Shown: positions 1 through 12,594 of the stretch, piece by piece
How the letters are laid out: each line of letters opens with the position of its first letter
Position numbering within the stretch: the stretch's first letter is position 1
DNA from: the human T2T-CHM13v2.0 reference genome, Homo sapiens
Length of the DNA stretch: 64,000 bases
NCBI RefSeq assembly: GCF_009914755.1
Contig: NC_060932.1
Strand: one strand, 5' to 3'
Notes under the pieces: model-generated
The model's input: the letters and a program-made list of their open reading frames with translations, nothing else
What the model was told of the DNA's origin: nothing
Database searches by the model: none
Translations under genes and position numbers: made by a program

Positions 1-333
1 TGTAACTTCTCTGTTCAAGGGTCAACGGTATGCCACTGTTGTAGAGTGGCTCTGGATGGAGAGAGGAAGTACGGTAAAACAAGTACATCTTGTTGCAGTA
101 AAAAGTAACCTGAAGTAGATGATTATCTGTCTAGACCAGAGAATAAAACATTTTAGCTTTGCATCTCAAAGTGTCTTGGTGGTCTCCTAGGAAATTTGGT
201 ACTTCTTAATAGAGTTACTTTACCTTAAAAAGAAAATTTAAAATCTTAAGTCAGTTATCAATATTGCATCTTCAACATTTTTGTTTCACACTCTCAGTCT
301 TTTATTCTGTGTGTGTGCTTGATCATAACTCAG

Positions 334-482
334 GTTTTCCTCTGGATCTCTTACGCTGTGAAAGCCTTCTTGGTTTGGACCCTGCAACTTGCAGCAGAGT
401 TCTAAACAAAAATTACACGCTGCTTGTTTCCATGGCTCCCCTCACCAATGAAATCCGGCCTGTCAGCAGCTGCACCCCTCAG
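334..482 (+). CDS. FAM91A1: FAM91A1 internal coding exon (probably exon 16 of 24; ~aa 471-520)
   Basis: cag| acceptor at 331-333 and |gtaaag donor at 483; 149 bp, phase 1 to 0; encodes (G)[49 protein letters not shown], matching recalled FAM91A1 protein. Confidence 0.95.
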
Positions 483-1344
483 GTAAAGACCTACTTGGAA
501 GATCCACTTGGTAGTGTCATGAGTCCCATCAGTTTTGTTTTCTTCTCTATCTGCAGATACCAACTATTAAAATCACTGAATCATAGAAAGCAATTTTGTA
601 TTTTATGCCTTTGTAAGATGATATGTTCAATTTGTGGAGTGTAATTGGTATATTTTATATAAGTATCACCTAGTGACTTGTGACACATTAGATTAAAATT
701 TATTCATGTACAGAATATTTTAAAGAGAATGTTTTAGGATGCTCCAGAAAGGAAGCTGGCATCATTTTGAGAGATAAGATAAATTTAATTAGGAAAAGTT
801 AAATGTCTTCGAAGTGGGGCTGTGATTCTGAATAAGCCGAAAAGAAAAGATGGTGCTTGAAAGCTAGAACTCTGGTTAACTGTATAATTTATATGTGAAA
901 ATTCCTTCTGGACTTTTACTTAAAAAATATATATATATCAGTTGTATTCATTTGTATACTTAACAAGGAAGTTGTGGCCTGTGCCATTTTCAGAGTGGGG
1001 ATTATGTTGCTGTTCTTCAGTGCTGCATCTTACCTGGGTTCCTAGACAATGCAGGGTTTAATGATGTAGCAGAAAGGAAGGGATTCTTGTACGCAGGTAA
1101 TTTGCCTATGTTCTAGCTGCCTCAGTGAGCATCCTGTCTTCACACCAATTTTGTCCTTAGTATTCAACAAGAGATTTGCATCTAACTAACCTTTTTAAAA
1201 TAATTCTCTGTGCACACCACCGAACCTCTCCTATTCTTTAACACAACCTCCAGACATGGTAGGAATCCATGAACTACTGCATAAATGGTAAAATGGATGG
1301 AAGGGTGGGCGATTCCTCTTGTGAAAATTGTATGTGATTAATGA

Positions 1345-1570
1345 TAATAATAGCTAATACTTTAATATCGAGCTTATTATATTCCAAGTACTGTTTTAAG
1401 CTTTTTGAACAACCTTACAACATCCTCTTGAGGTAGATTCTTTATTGCTATTTTATAGATTGAGCAAAATGAGGCACAGAGAGCTTAAGTAACCTTCCTG
1501 AGGTGATATGGCTGGAAGGGCAAAACCAAGATTCCAAACTAGGCAGTCTTCTCCAGAGTGCATTCTCTTA
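1345..1570 (-). mobile_element. MIR SINE
   Basis: MIR core in antisense: ttttatagat...gaggcacagagagcttaagtaac. Confidence 0.7.
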
Positions 1571-1763
1571 ATTGCAGTGACAAGACATAATTTCTTAATT
1601 CCAGTATAAAATTGAAACTATTTTAATGAAACATTTAAAGTTATTTTCTTGAGGATAGTTGCAGTTAACATTTATGTGAAGGGATTTGCTGTTTATAAGA
1701 CTGTTCTCGGTCACTTATGTAACACTTTATTTTAACTTTATCTTAACTGTTTTATGATTGTAG

Positions 1764-1898
1764 CATATTGGACCAGCTATCCCAGAAGTCAGCTCTGTCT
1801 GGTTTAAACTGTACATTTATCATGTCACTGGACAAGGACCACCATCCCTTTTATTGTCCAAAGGTACAAGACTTCGAAAACTGCCAGATATATTTCAG
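1764..1898 (+). CDS. FAM91A1: FAM91A1 coding exon (~aa 521-565)
   Basis: tag| ... |gtatgt; 135 bp, phase 0-0; [45 protein letters not shown]. Confidence 0.95.
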
Positions 1899-2015
1899 GT
1901 ATGTGTGGGAGGTTTGGGTGGTTTTTTTATGTGTGTGTGAGCAGTATGCTAGATAATTTCTTAATATTTTCCTTATTTCTGAATGCCATTTTACCTGTTA
2001 ATTTCTTTTCAATAG

Positions 2016-2129
2016 AGTTATGATCGATTGCTAATAACATCTTGGGGTCATGATCCTGGAGTAGTTCCTACCTCAAATGTGCTCACGATGTTGAATGATG
2101 CTTTAACACATTCTGCAGTTTTAATTCAG
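2016..2129 (+). CDS. FAM91A1: FAM91A1 coding exon (~aa 566-603)
   Basis: tag| ... |gtacat; 114 bp, phase 0-0, after a 117-bp intron; [38 protein letters not shown]. Confidence 0.95.
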
Positions 2130-2371
2130 GTACATTTATCTTATTTGAAATTTTGTCTTTTTATTATAAAGTTGATAATTTTTCTAGCTTTCTATATTGA
2201 GTTGCAATAAAATGTCAGTCATTTGAAATTTATGAAGTTGAAATGTAAAAAATCAGAGATATGGATTTTAGTCCTGGCCGTTTGGCAGTGTGGGAGTGGT
2301 AGAAATAACATGAACTTTGAAGTTAGACCCAGGTTTGCATTGCAGCCTCACCTGCTTGCTGCGTGACCATG

Positions 2372-3515
2372 ATTTTTTTTATTTTTTTTTAAATAATAGC
2401 TTTACAGTAGTTTCCCCATCTGTGGGGAATATGTTCCAAGACCCCCAGGGGTTGCCTGAAACCACCAGTAGTACCCAACCCTATATATAGTACGTGTTTT
2501 CCTATATGTATATATATATATATAAATACCTGGGATAAAGTTTCATTTATAAATTAGACATCTCTTACTAGAGATTAACAACAATTACTAATAAGAAAAT
2601 AGCATACTGTAATATAAGTTATATGAATGTGGTCTCTCTCAAAATACCTCGTTATACTATACTCACCTATTTTCAGACCTTGGTTGACCACAGATGATAA
2701 CTAAAACCATGGAAAGCAAAACCTCACATAAAAGGGGACTATTGTATTGAGTATATAATTCACATACTGTACAATTCACCAATTTAAATTGTGCAGTTAA
2801 GTGGGTTTTAGTGTGTTCACAGATATGTACAGCCATCACCACACTCAATTTTAGAACATTTCATTACCTTAAAAAGAAACCTTGTATCCTTTAGTGATCA
2901 CTCTTCTATTTTCTCCCCGCTACTCATCTCCTTCCCTCTAGTCTTAAGCAACACTAATCTACTTGTTGTCTCTATAGATTTGCCGAATCTGGGCATTTAT
3001 GTGAATGGAATCATATATAATATGTGGTCTTTTGTGACTGGCTTCCTTCATTTAACATAATGTTTTCAAGGTTCATCATGTTGTCATAGTATCAATACTT
3101 CATTCCTTTTTGAGGCCAAATAATGTTCCATTTTATGGATATGCCACATTTTGTTTATTCCTCCATCAGTTGATGGACATGTGGGTTGTTTTCACCTTTT
3201 GGCCATTATGAAGAATGCTGTCATAAACATTTGTGTACAAGTTTTTCTGTGGACATATGTTTTTATTTCTCTTGGCTATATATGTATAGGGATGGAATTA
3301 CTGGGTCATATGGTAATTCCATGTTTAAGCATTTAAGGAACTGCCAGACTGTCTTGCAAAGTGGCTGCATCATTTTACATTCTCACGGGCACTTGATATT
3401 ATGTGGCTTTTTGATGATAACCACCTTAGGAGGTGTGGAATGGTATCTCATTATAGTTTTGATTTACATTTTCCCGAAGACTAATAATGTTGAGCTTCTT
3501 TGCATGTGCTTATTG
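2372..3515 (-). mobile_element. Old L1M (L1MB-like) 3' end, interrupted by MER44
   Basis: aatagcttta[MER44]ttgagtatataattcacatac...ttttgtgactggcttccttcatttaacataatg is a typical antisense L1M 3' end. Confidence 0.75.
2405..2744 (-). mobile_element. MER44/Tigger7-type TcMar MITE
   Basis: Terminal inverted repeats cagtagtttcccc / ggggactattg, TA duplications at 2403-2404 and 2745-2746, body resembles MER44A. Confidence 0.8.
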
Positions 3516-3729
3516 GGCTGTGTGACATTTTCATGATAAACCTTATACTTTATTTCCCACCTATAAAATGGAGATGGCAATATCTATTGTATAATAACAA
3601 ACACTTATAATAATGGCAACTAGTGGTAAGGTAAGCAGTTTATGCTCATAGAATTGAGAGAATGAAATGAAAATGTACGTGTCAAATGTGTAGCACACTT
3701 GCTGGCACATAATAGGTTCTCCGTAAAGA

Positions 3730-4930
3730 TTTCGTCAGTTCATCTAACAATTGAATGTGCATATTTTGCGCTAATTAATATCAATATGCAAATAAGACAG
3801 GGCCCCTCATCTTCAAGGAATTTAAGGATGGTGGGAAAAGCTGCATAAGCACTCAGTTTCAGTTTATCGAATAGAATTACATATAGTGGAAGACTTAAAA
3901 AGAACTATCCAGTCCAGCCTTGGGGCAAGGAGAAGGGCTTAGGGGAGGTTCCTTAGAGAAAGTGAGACCCAGGCTGAATACAAAAGGATGACTTAAAAGA
4001 AGCGAGGTAGTAGGGGTCAGCATGATTAAATCTCTGGGCAAGGATTTTTTTTTTTTTCTTTTTTCTTTGCTGCTATTTTTCTAGTGCCCAGCACGGTGCT
4101 TGGGTCATAGTAGTTGTCCAGTTAGTGTTTGTGGAATAAATAAATAAGAATATGAAGTGACATAACATGCCAGGGTCAATAAGCTGTTCAGTGTTTTTGA
4201 GGGGTGAGTTGGAGTGTGAGGGGGTTGTGGTCAGAGACAAGTCTGGAGAAGTAGGCTGGCCCTGCAGTGCCGCCTGCCTTGAGTGTCCTGCCGTGGAACT
4301 GAGAAGTTGACCTGTAGATTGATGGTAGCAATTACAGGGGGGTAACAGGGATTAACATGGTCAAATTTGTTTCAGGAATCAACCTTGGGATGATATTGAG
4401 AATGGGAGGGAGTGGGGAGACACCTGAAGCAAGAAGACCAGTTAGGACTGTGTGTAGTAGTTTAGATAAGAGATAAAGATAGCCCGGATCAAGGACATGG
4501 TAATAAGAATTGAAAGGAAAAATGGATTTAAGAACTACTACAAATATACAATTAATAGAATTGATCAGATATCTGAGAGAGATGGGAAGAGGGAAGAAAG
4601 ATTCTGGGGTATTTGACTTGTGAAGGTAGAAGGGTGGTGATACCACTACTGTAGGGAACATAGGAGGAAGTGACATCACAGGAGGTGGTGATATCACTAC
4701 TCTAGGGAACACGGGAGGAAGTGATATCATGGGAGGTGGTGATACCACTACTCTGGGGAACACGGGAGGAAGAGCACATTTATGGGGCAGATGATGTGTT
4801 GTGTTTATATGGTGCCTGTGGTAATTGGAAATATTCTGAAATTCAAATGAGAGGTTAGACAAGAGTGATTAAGTGTCAGCATCAGGTGGTAGATGGTAGT
4901 TGAAACCATGAGAGGATGAAATTAGCCAGG
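3730..4930 (-). mobile_element. L2 LINE remnant (fragmented)
   Basis: Purine-rich L2-like motifs such as aagaagaccagttaggactg and gtagttgaaaccatgagaggatgaaattagccaggga. Confidence 0.55.
4630..4772. repeat. 51-bp tandem repeat, ~2.8 copies
   Basis: ggtggtgata(c/t)cactact...ggaggaag starts at 4633, 4684 and 4735. Confidence 0.9.
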
Positions 4931-5269
4931 GAAGATATATAGTATGGGGTGGTCGTGGGAGATAGCATCATAGAATGGGCTAGACATGGACTTAAGTCAG
5001 ACTGCCTAAACTCAGATCTTGGTTCCATCATTTACTAGTAATCTTAGACAAGTTAAATACCTTTTTGAACTTTAGTGTCTTTACCTATAAACTGGAGATA
5101 AAGTTCCCATCTTTTTAAAGTTTTTGAAAAGAATGACTTGAGCACTGTGTTTAGCACATAGGAAGATCTCAGAAAACGTTATTGTGTTGGTAGTGGCAGT
5201 AGAAGTAGAGTGAAGGAACAGTGGGTGATTCCACGAGCTTCAGTTTTCCTTACCTTTAAAATGAAGGGT

Positions 5270-5381
5270 GGCTGGGTGCAGTGGCTCACGCCTGTAATTC
5301 CAGCACTTTGGAAGGCTGAGGTGAATTGCTTGAGCCCAGAAGTTGGAGACCAACTTGGATAACATAGTGAAACCCTGTCTT
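5270..5381 (+). mobile_element. FLAM / Alu left monomer
   Basis: ggctgggtgcagtggctcacgcctgtaat...gaaaccctgtct, single arm only. Confidence 0.85.
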
Positions 5382-5550
5382 AATTTATAGTAACAAATCT
5401 TTCTTGAATAAAGTAAAATGAGAGAGGTGGTTTCCAAGGTCTTTTCTGTAGGTGGTACTCTGTAGATCAAGCTAAGTTAGGTTTTTTTTTTTTTTGGATG
5501 GGGGCTAGTGCAAAATATGGATAGAAAAACAAATCAGCAGACAGTACCTG

Positions 5551-5846
5551 TTTTTATTTATTTATTGTTTTGAGACACGGTCTCACTCTGTCACCCAGGC
5601 TGAAGTCCGTGGCATGATCACAGCTCACTGCAGCCTCGACTTCCCCTGGGCACAAGAGATCCTCCTGCCTTAGCCTCCAGAGTAGCTGGGACTACAAGCT
5701 CACGCCACCATGCCTGGCTAATTTTTTATAGAGACAGGGTTTCACCATGTTGCCCAGGCTGGTCTCAAACTCCTGGGCTCAAGTGATCTGCCCGCCTTGA
5801 CCTCCAAAAGTGCTGGGATTACAGGTGTGAGCCACCACACCAGGCT
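5551..5846 (-). mobile_element. AluJ
   Basis: Antisense Alu dimer with J-like diagnostics; target-site duplication (TSD) gacagtac(c)tgttttt on both sides. Confidence 0.9.
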
Positions 5847-6446
5847 GACAGTACTGTTTTTAAAGTGTTTGTTAAGGAGTTTTGCTTTTGCTAAAGAAAA
5901 ATGCCTTTTTAATTAAATTTGATGGAAATAAATTTACCTTATTGGAATTTAAACGTGTTACAAATTAAGATTTTTGGTTAAAACCATAATTTATTTTAGC
6001 CATCAGGTTTAGGAAATAAAAGAGAGCTCTCAGAAATATATTTAAATAGTTATATGAAACAACAAAAAGAGTATGCTTTCCTTTGGATATATCAGGGTTT
6101 CTTGAATTTGAATAATGTATGGGTCTCTCTTAAAGGGAAGAATTTGGAGATCCTCAGTATTAAATTTCTATTGTAACAGTTCTAAATACATGTAGACATA
6201 ATGTTAAGTTCTTCATGCTTCTTGTTATTACACAACTACAAATTCAAATCAAATTTTGGAATTAAATATAAGCAAAGCTTTAAAACAAAACTCAAATGAA
6301 CAATATTAATTGAATGTGATAGATGAAACTGAATTATCATTTGTAACATGAGAGTGAAGTGGGTAGACTCAGATTTTTTAAATTTAATTTTTGAACTAAT
6401 AGTACATTCACATGATTCAAAAATAAAACGTTATTAAAAGGTGTAG

Positions 6447-6784
<338 letters not shown>

Positions 6785-7509
6785 TCACTCCCCTGCTAAC
6801 CCTATCAAGTTTCCACTCCCCATCTCTCCTCCAAATCAGATAATTTCATCTGTTCATTTCTCCTATATCCTTCCAGAGTGTCTTTATGCATATGCAAGTA
6901 CCTGCACACAGATGTGCCCCTTACCTTTTCCATTTAGCAATTGGAGATCTTTCCATTGCAGGTCATAGCTTTCTTTCATTTATGAACCTCCATTGAAGAT
7001 ATGTCTCCTAATTTAGTTAACCAGTCCCCTGTTGGTGGACATTTTGGTTGTTTCCAATTATATGTAATTATTTATCGTAGCAAGTAATTCTGAATATATT
7101 TTATTTCAGGGCAGGTTTTTGAGTTTTGCATTCTTAGCCTGTGGTATGCTATGTGATTATGGGGATTCTTCCACCACTTTTCCCTCTCAGAACTCTAGCT
7201 AACCTTTGTGTGAATAAACTTGGCCTCCTCATTCACTCTTCACTTGGCTAACACCTGATTTGCCTGTTAAATTGGCCTCCTTTTTTTGCATTGGCCTATA
7301 CATTCAATTTGAGAAACATTGCCTTATAGATTATTATACACATAAGATTGTCACTGCTTGCTGAAGAAAAATAGAAAATTGTTGAAAGAATTTTGATGAG
7401 GTATTAATATGGAATATACCATTACATGACACAATCTTATTTACTTTTGAATATCAGTGATTGGAAATGAAGGTTTCTTGTATACCTTTTAACTTTTGTT
7501 TATGTTTAG

Positions 7510-7582
7510 GGGCATGGTCTGCATGGGATAGGAGAAACTGTCCATGTCCCATTTCCATTTGATGAAACAGAACTACAAGGAG
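7510..7582 (+). CDS. FAM91A1: FAM91A1 coding exon (~aa 604-628)
   Basis: tttag| ... |gtacct; 73 bp, phase 0-1; GHGLHGIGETVHVPFPFDETELQG(E). Confidence 0.93.
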
Positions 7583-8322
7583 GTACCTTTTGAATTGTAT
7601 CTATTGACTTTTTTTTTTTTTTAATTATTACTCATGTCAACAGTTTGGTGGAAAACATGGCAGGAAATGAATTCTTGAAATTTTTAAGTTCTAGGTTCTT
7701 TGCTACTAAAGAGTGTTGGCAAAAGGTAGTTTTTTGTCATGTGCTTTGCCATCCACAAAGAACTGTTAGAATAAGACCCGTTTAGGATTTTTGAAAGACT
7801 ACTAGTCTGTCTTGGAATAAAGAGAATAAGTAGATATCTGCCTAGATGGAAGACTTTTCTCTGTTTCTCCTTTTTTATCATTCACACAACTGTCTAATAC
7901 TTCATAAAGTCTAAGGAAAAAAATAATTGTTTACCTGGAGATGCAGATAGTGACAACAGGATCTTAAAATTTACAAAATCTCAAAAACTGCTTAGTAGAT
8001 CCTTTGCCTTGGGGGATTATTGTGTGAATTATAAAAAAGAGGTTTCTTTATATTTGAATATAGAGCATTTTTCTCTTTTATAAGTTCACATATTTATGAG
8101 AACTTGAGTTAAGATATAAATAATTTAGGCATGTGATTTCAAGTACATTGTTAGCTTTAGTTTCAGTAAGAATGACAACTTTATATATTTCTTTTTTGGA
8201 ATCAATTATGATGTATTAAAGTATAAAAGTAGTTCTAAGAGTTGTTTAATAAAGTATGTTTAAGCTGTTGGCGTTGTGTTATTAGAAACTGTTCATTAAT
8301 GTGATGTCCGTTCTGTTTGTAG

Positions 8323-8472
8323 AGTTCACTCGTGTCAATATGGGTGTTCATAAAGCATTGCAGATACTAAGGAACAGAGTGGACTTACAGCATCTCTGTG
8401 GATATGTCACCATGTTGAATGCTTCCAGCCAACTTGCAGATAGAAAACTCAGTGATGCTTCTGATGAGAGAG
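8323..8472 (+). CDS. FAM91A1: FAM91A1 coding exon (~aa 628-678)
   Basis: tgtag| ... |gttagc; 150 bp, phase 1-1; (E)FTRVNMGVHKALQILRNRVDLQHLCGYVTMLNASSQLADRKLSDASDER(G). Confidence 0.94.
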
Positions 8473-9596
8473 GTTAGCCAATAGTTGGATTCTTTGGATT
8501 AAGATAATTGGTTTTGAGTTTGACACAGTGTTAATATATGAAAAGCAGCAGACCTTTGTGGGGATGCTGAATTATTGAATACTCAATATTCTTTCACTGA
8601 AGCACGAGGAAATATTTTGGAACATCATTTGGACAAATGTCAGTTGTTCAAATGAAGAAAATAGGATTGGGGTACAGAATGGTTTGGGACTTTTGGGTGC
8701 TCTACTGTCATATCTGTGTTTATTAGGCTTTATTAGGTTAGCTTTATAGGGTGATGGTTTCAAAACTCAAGTCTCTTTATACAAGTGTTTCCAAAATTGA
8801 CTTAATAGTTTTTCCCTTTCAACTTTTTCTGTCAAAAGGTACCATTGTCTTAATTATCTAGGTCTAAAATCTTACCTTTGTCTCATTCTTTCCTTTTTCC
8901 ACTATGTTCAGTTAGTTTCCAAGTTCTGTGAATTAGGCTTTAGATAAGTCTCTCATGTCCATTTCTTCCCCTTTCTCTTCATTTTAAATTCTCTGTGACT
9001 GCTCTTCTTGTCTGGGTCTTGAACTTTAAACCTTAAACATGTGCTGTTGCAACCATTCCCTGCTTAGCCTTTCTGGCCTCTCCTTTCTATCTCCAGTCTG
9101 TCCTACATATTGACAATAGCTAATTTTCCTTAGATATCACTTACTTTTTTTTTTTTTAATTTGAAAATCCATTTTCAAATCACCTTCTCATGCTTACTAG
9201 TTGTTTCTGCTCTGGCATAATATTGGCATATATGTGGTTTGGGTTGCCGTGGTGCCAGTTCTTATCCATTGACTCTGGGAGATCTTTCATTATCTCCCAT
9301 TGATTGACAGTATTCCATGAGCCTCTTAGTTTGAAATTCTGAGGAAATGTGATTGATTACTTGCCATCCAGTAGATTGGGTTGGCTCCCATTGAGATAGG
9401 TACTTACTCCTATCTCATTTGTCTTTGGCCAAATAGTTGACTGCCAAATATTGCAGGAGCATTTTCTAGAGAAGAGGGCTATGACTTAAGCAGTCATTTC
9501 AAAGCGTATCTACTACAGCTCTCCTTTTTTATGTCATTCATTCCACAAACATTTATGGAATACCTGCTTAGGTGCTGGAGCAATTTAATAAGACCA

Positions 9597-9752
9597 GGCC
9601 AGGCATGGCCAGGTACAGGCTCATGCCTGTAATTCCAGTCCTCTGGGAGGCTAAAGCAGGAGTATTGCTTGAGGCTAGCAGTTTGAGACCAGTCCGGGCA
9701 ATAGAGCAAGACCCTGTCTCTACAAAAAAAAAAAAAAAAAAAAAAGAAACAA
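9597..9752 (+). mobile_element. FLAM_C-like Alu monomer inserted in an L2 remnant
   Basis: Single arm plus A tail; degenerate TSD aataagac / aaaaagac. Confidence 0.8.
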
Positions 9753-10208
9753 AAAAGACAATGTTGTTCCAAGGATGAAAACCCTAGAGAGGAGACGAGT
9801 GAGTCAGTATACAGTGTGGTGTTATTGACTATGATGGGGTCTGCATAAAGCGCTAACACAGCACAGAGAAGGCCTCTTAGAGAAGGTGAAGTTTGAGTTT
9901 TGAAAATTGAAGAGTTAGGTAGACAAAAGATAATGTGTTTTTGGAGGGTGGCAGCCTTTCAGGCAGAGGGGAATTAGAAAACAGTAGTTCATTGTGGCCA
10001 AAAGAAAGGATTTGTTGGACAGTAGTAGAAGATGAGAGTAGAGAAGTAGATAAGGTCTAAGGGATCTTGGAGGATCTTCTGTGCTGAAAGATAATGAGTC
10101 AGAAAAGAACTTTGAAGAGTAATAACATAATCAGACTATATATTTCCACAGGGGTGCAATTGGCTTCAGTAACTTGGGTCCTCCTTTTTGAATTTTGTTT
10201 CTTTAGGT

Positions 10209-10376
10209 CAGGGTTTCTCAATCTCAGCACTATGTGCAGTTTGAGCTGGCTAATTCTTTTCTGTGGAGGATTGTCCTGTGTATGGTCAGATGTTTAGCAT
10301 TCATAGATACGAATAGCATCCCTGTCTTCATTCGTGTCCCTTGGGGATCAAAATTGCTCCCCTGTTTAAAACCACT
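10209..10376 (+). mobile_element. MER20-like hAT MITE (internally deleted)
   Basis: cagggtttctcaatctcagcact...aaattgctcccctgtttaaaaccact. Confidence 0.65.
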
Positions 10377-10514
10377 TATTTAAGCCAAGGATTATGCATT
10401 TTCTTTCTGTCATCATTACTATTGTCTGAAGTCTTTTCCATGTTAGGACTGATTTATTGGCAGCTTCTGCTAACTGCTAGAATCCTAATATTGTGTATGC
10501 CCTTTAATTATAAG

Positions 10515-10619
10515 GAGAACCTGATTTGGCTTCTGGCTCAGATGTAAATGGGAGTACAGAGTCATTTGAAATGGTCATTGAGGAAGCAACTATAGATTCA
10601 GCAACAAAGCAAACCTCTG
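10515..10619 (+). CDS. FAM91A1: FAM91A1 coding exon (~aa 678-713), acidic Ser/Thr-rich loop
   Basis: taag| ... |gtatgg; 105 bp, phase 1-1; (G)EPDLASGSDVNGSTESFEMVIEEATIDSATKQTS(G). Confidence 0.92.
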
Positions 10620-11135
10620 GTATGGTGCTAAAACTTTTTCCAATTTTATTAGACTAATTTCTGAGGTTTAACTTTTATGTTAAGGCATTTGCATGCCATT
10701 TGTCTATTCTTATTATTCATACGACTTTTAAATAAGAGTTTTCTAGGAAGCCTTTTTACATACTTAGAAAAATAATTCAAGTATTATAAAATTATGACTT
10801 GAAAATAATCTTATTCCTGTGGTAAATGTTTTGATTCATTCTCTCATCTTACAGATATCTTGCAATACTCTTTTTTGGGCAAATGACTACTTTGAACATT
10901 GGATGAAAGCTATGTACCTTCTCAGACACATGTTTATACCCTAAAAATGCCTATCCTGTTTAGAGATTAACTGACCCCCTTCAATTTCTTCCTCCCCTGC
11001 CAAGCCCACTGGTGGATATCAGTGGGGCAGGAGGAATCTATGAACTTCAGGTTAAGAAACCCTTGTCAGTTATATATAATATATACATAAGTAGATATAT
11101 ATGATAAAAAAATAAGTTTATGTATCCTTTCTTAG

Positions 11136-11259
11136 GTGCCACAACAGAAGCAGATTGGGTTCCTCTCGAGCTGTGCTTTGGAATTCCACTGTTCAGTTCC
11201 GAATTAAACCGGAAAGTTTGTAGGAAAATTGCTGCACATGGCCTTTGCAGAAAAGAGAG
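11136..11259 (+). CDS. FAM91A1: FAM91A1 coding exon (~aa 713-754)
   Basis: cttag| ... |gtgagg; 124 bp, phase 1-2; (G)ATTEADWVPLELCFGIPLFSSELNRKVCRKIAAHGLCRKE(S). Confidence 0.95.
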
Positions 11260-12524
11260 GTGAGGGTTTATATTCGCTGTCATATTTTCATATCAATTTT
11301 TAAGCTGTCAGCAAATAGTTACCATATCTTACTTTTATTCCACACATGAGCACAGTAATTGTTCTGTATATATTTGTTGATTGAATAGAGATCGCTAGTT
11401 TAAGGGTTTTGCTGTATTTTTCAAAATTAAATTTCACTAGATCAGAAATTAGTCACAGGCAAACATTTTGGGCACATGTTTTGATTATATTTATTTAGTA
11501 ATCTAGGTGAGGTGAGGGTGTGGTGAAATGGGCATGCTGATATGGAGTATGAACCTAGATTTTAAAAAATGTATGTCTACAGAAAATTTCTCTGCATTTC
11601 TCTCACTCCTAACATACACACACTCATGTTATATTCTGTTAATAGTGATTGGTTTTTGTGGTGGAATTATGATGACTTTGCAAAATTTTCTTCACTTTCT
11701 ACATTTTCTAAAATGGATATGTATTACTCCTTAAAGATGACATGTAGGTTTTATCTTATATACCAGCTCTGATCCATTGTGAGTAGCTGCTAAGAGGCAA
11801 TGTTGTAAAGGTTCTGAGACAAACTGGGTTAGCAGGAAAGAGTATAATTGAATCTAATTGTCATGATAGGTGGCTTGGAGAGGTGAAATCCACAAGTCAA
11901 GATCTTCTTATTTTAGAAAATGAAGTTGGACAATAATTCATTTAAATGGTGTAATGTAGCTTTTATCAGAAAATGAAGAGTACTCAGTTGACAATTTCAA
12001 CATCTATTCTCTAAAAACAAAGTAATATACATGAGTAAAAAATAGAAATACTATAGAACTTTAAAGATTACCACTATAATTTTTACTGACTTACATATTT
12101 GAAAAATATTTAGGTAGGTTGGTGTGTGTTTAATCTGTTATCAGGTTGTCTTTTGCAATTACTTTGGTTGTTTAAAGGTTGTGTCATAGTTGTCATTCCT
12201 CAGAGTGCCTAAATCTTCATTTGAAAAGTTTTCTTTCATTTAACATTTATGTTTATAGTAGTTGAATTTTTTTAAAACAATAACTTTGATTTTAGTTACA
12301 CGATGTATTTTATTTCAAAATGGACTTTTAATGCATGACTACTCCCTATTATTAAAACAAGCAAAAATTTCATTGATGAGAAACACTGAAATTGTTTTTT
12401 AAGATGTTTTGTGATTGGCCAGGATATATAGATGCATTTAAATTGCTAAAATTAAACTCTTATGAGAAACTCATTCTTGCCTTTATGTTTGTTTTAAACT
12501 GTTTCTCGCCTTTTTTTTTTTCAG

Positions 12525-12594
12525 CCTTCAAAACCTCTTACATTCCAGTAGAAAACTCTCTCTGCAAGTCCTTAACTTTGTTCACTCATTCCAG
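12525..12594 (+). CDS. FAM91A1: FAM91A1 penultimate coding exon (~aa 754-777)
   Basis: poly-T tract then cag| ... |gtaaca; 70 bp, phase 2-0; (S)LQNLLHSSRKLSLQVLNFVHSFQ. Confidence 0.95.

Noticed and set aside
264-644. 126-aa ORF as a standalone gene (likewise 2028-2210)
   Set aside because: It is a FAM91A1 exon read through into flanking intron; only the spliced portion is coding.
11660-11778. Box C/D snoRNA-like layout: ATGATGA at 11669, CTGA at 11769, tgga/tcca terminal stem
   Set aside because: Stem-to-box spacing is off for a K-turn, C'/D' boxes are poor, I see no rRNA or snRNA antisense element, and it lies ~750 nt from the 3' splice site. A snoscan or small-RNA check would settle it.
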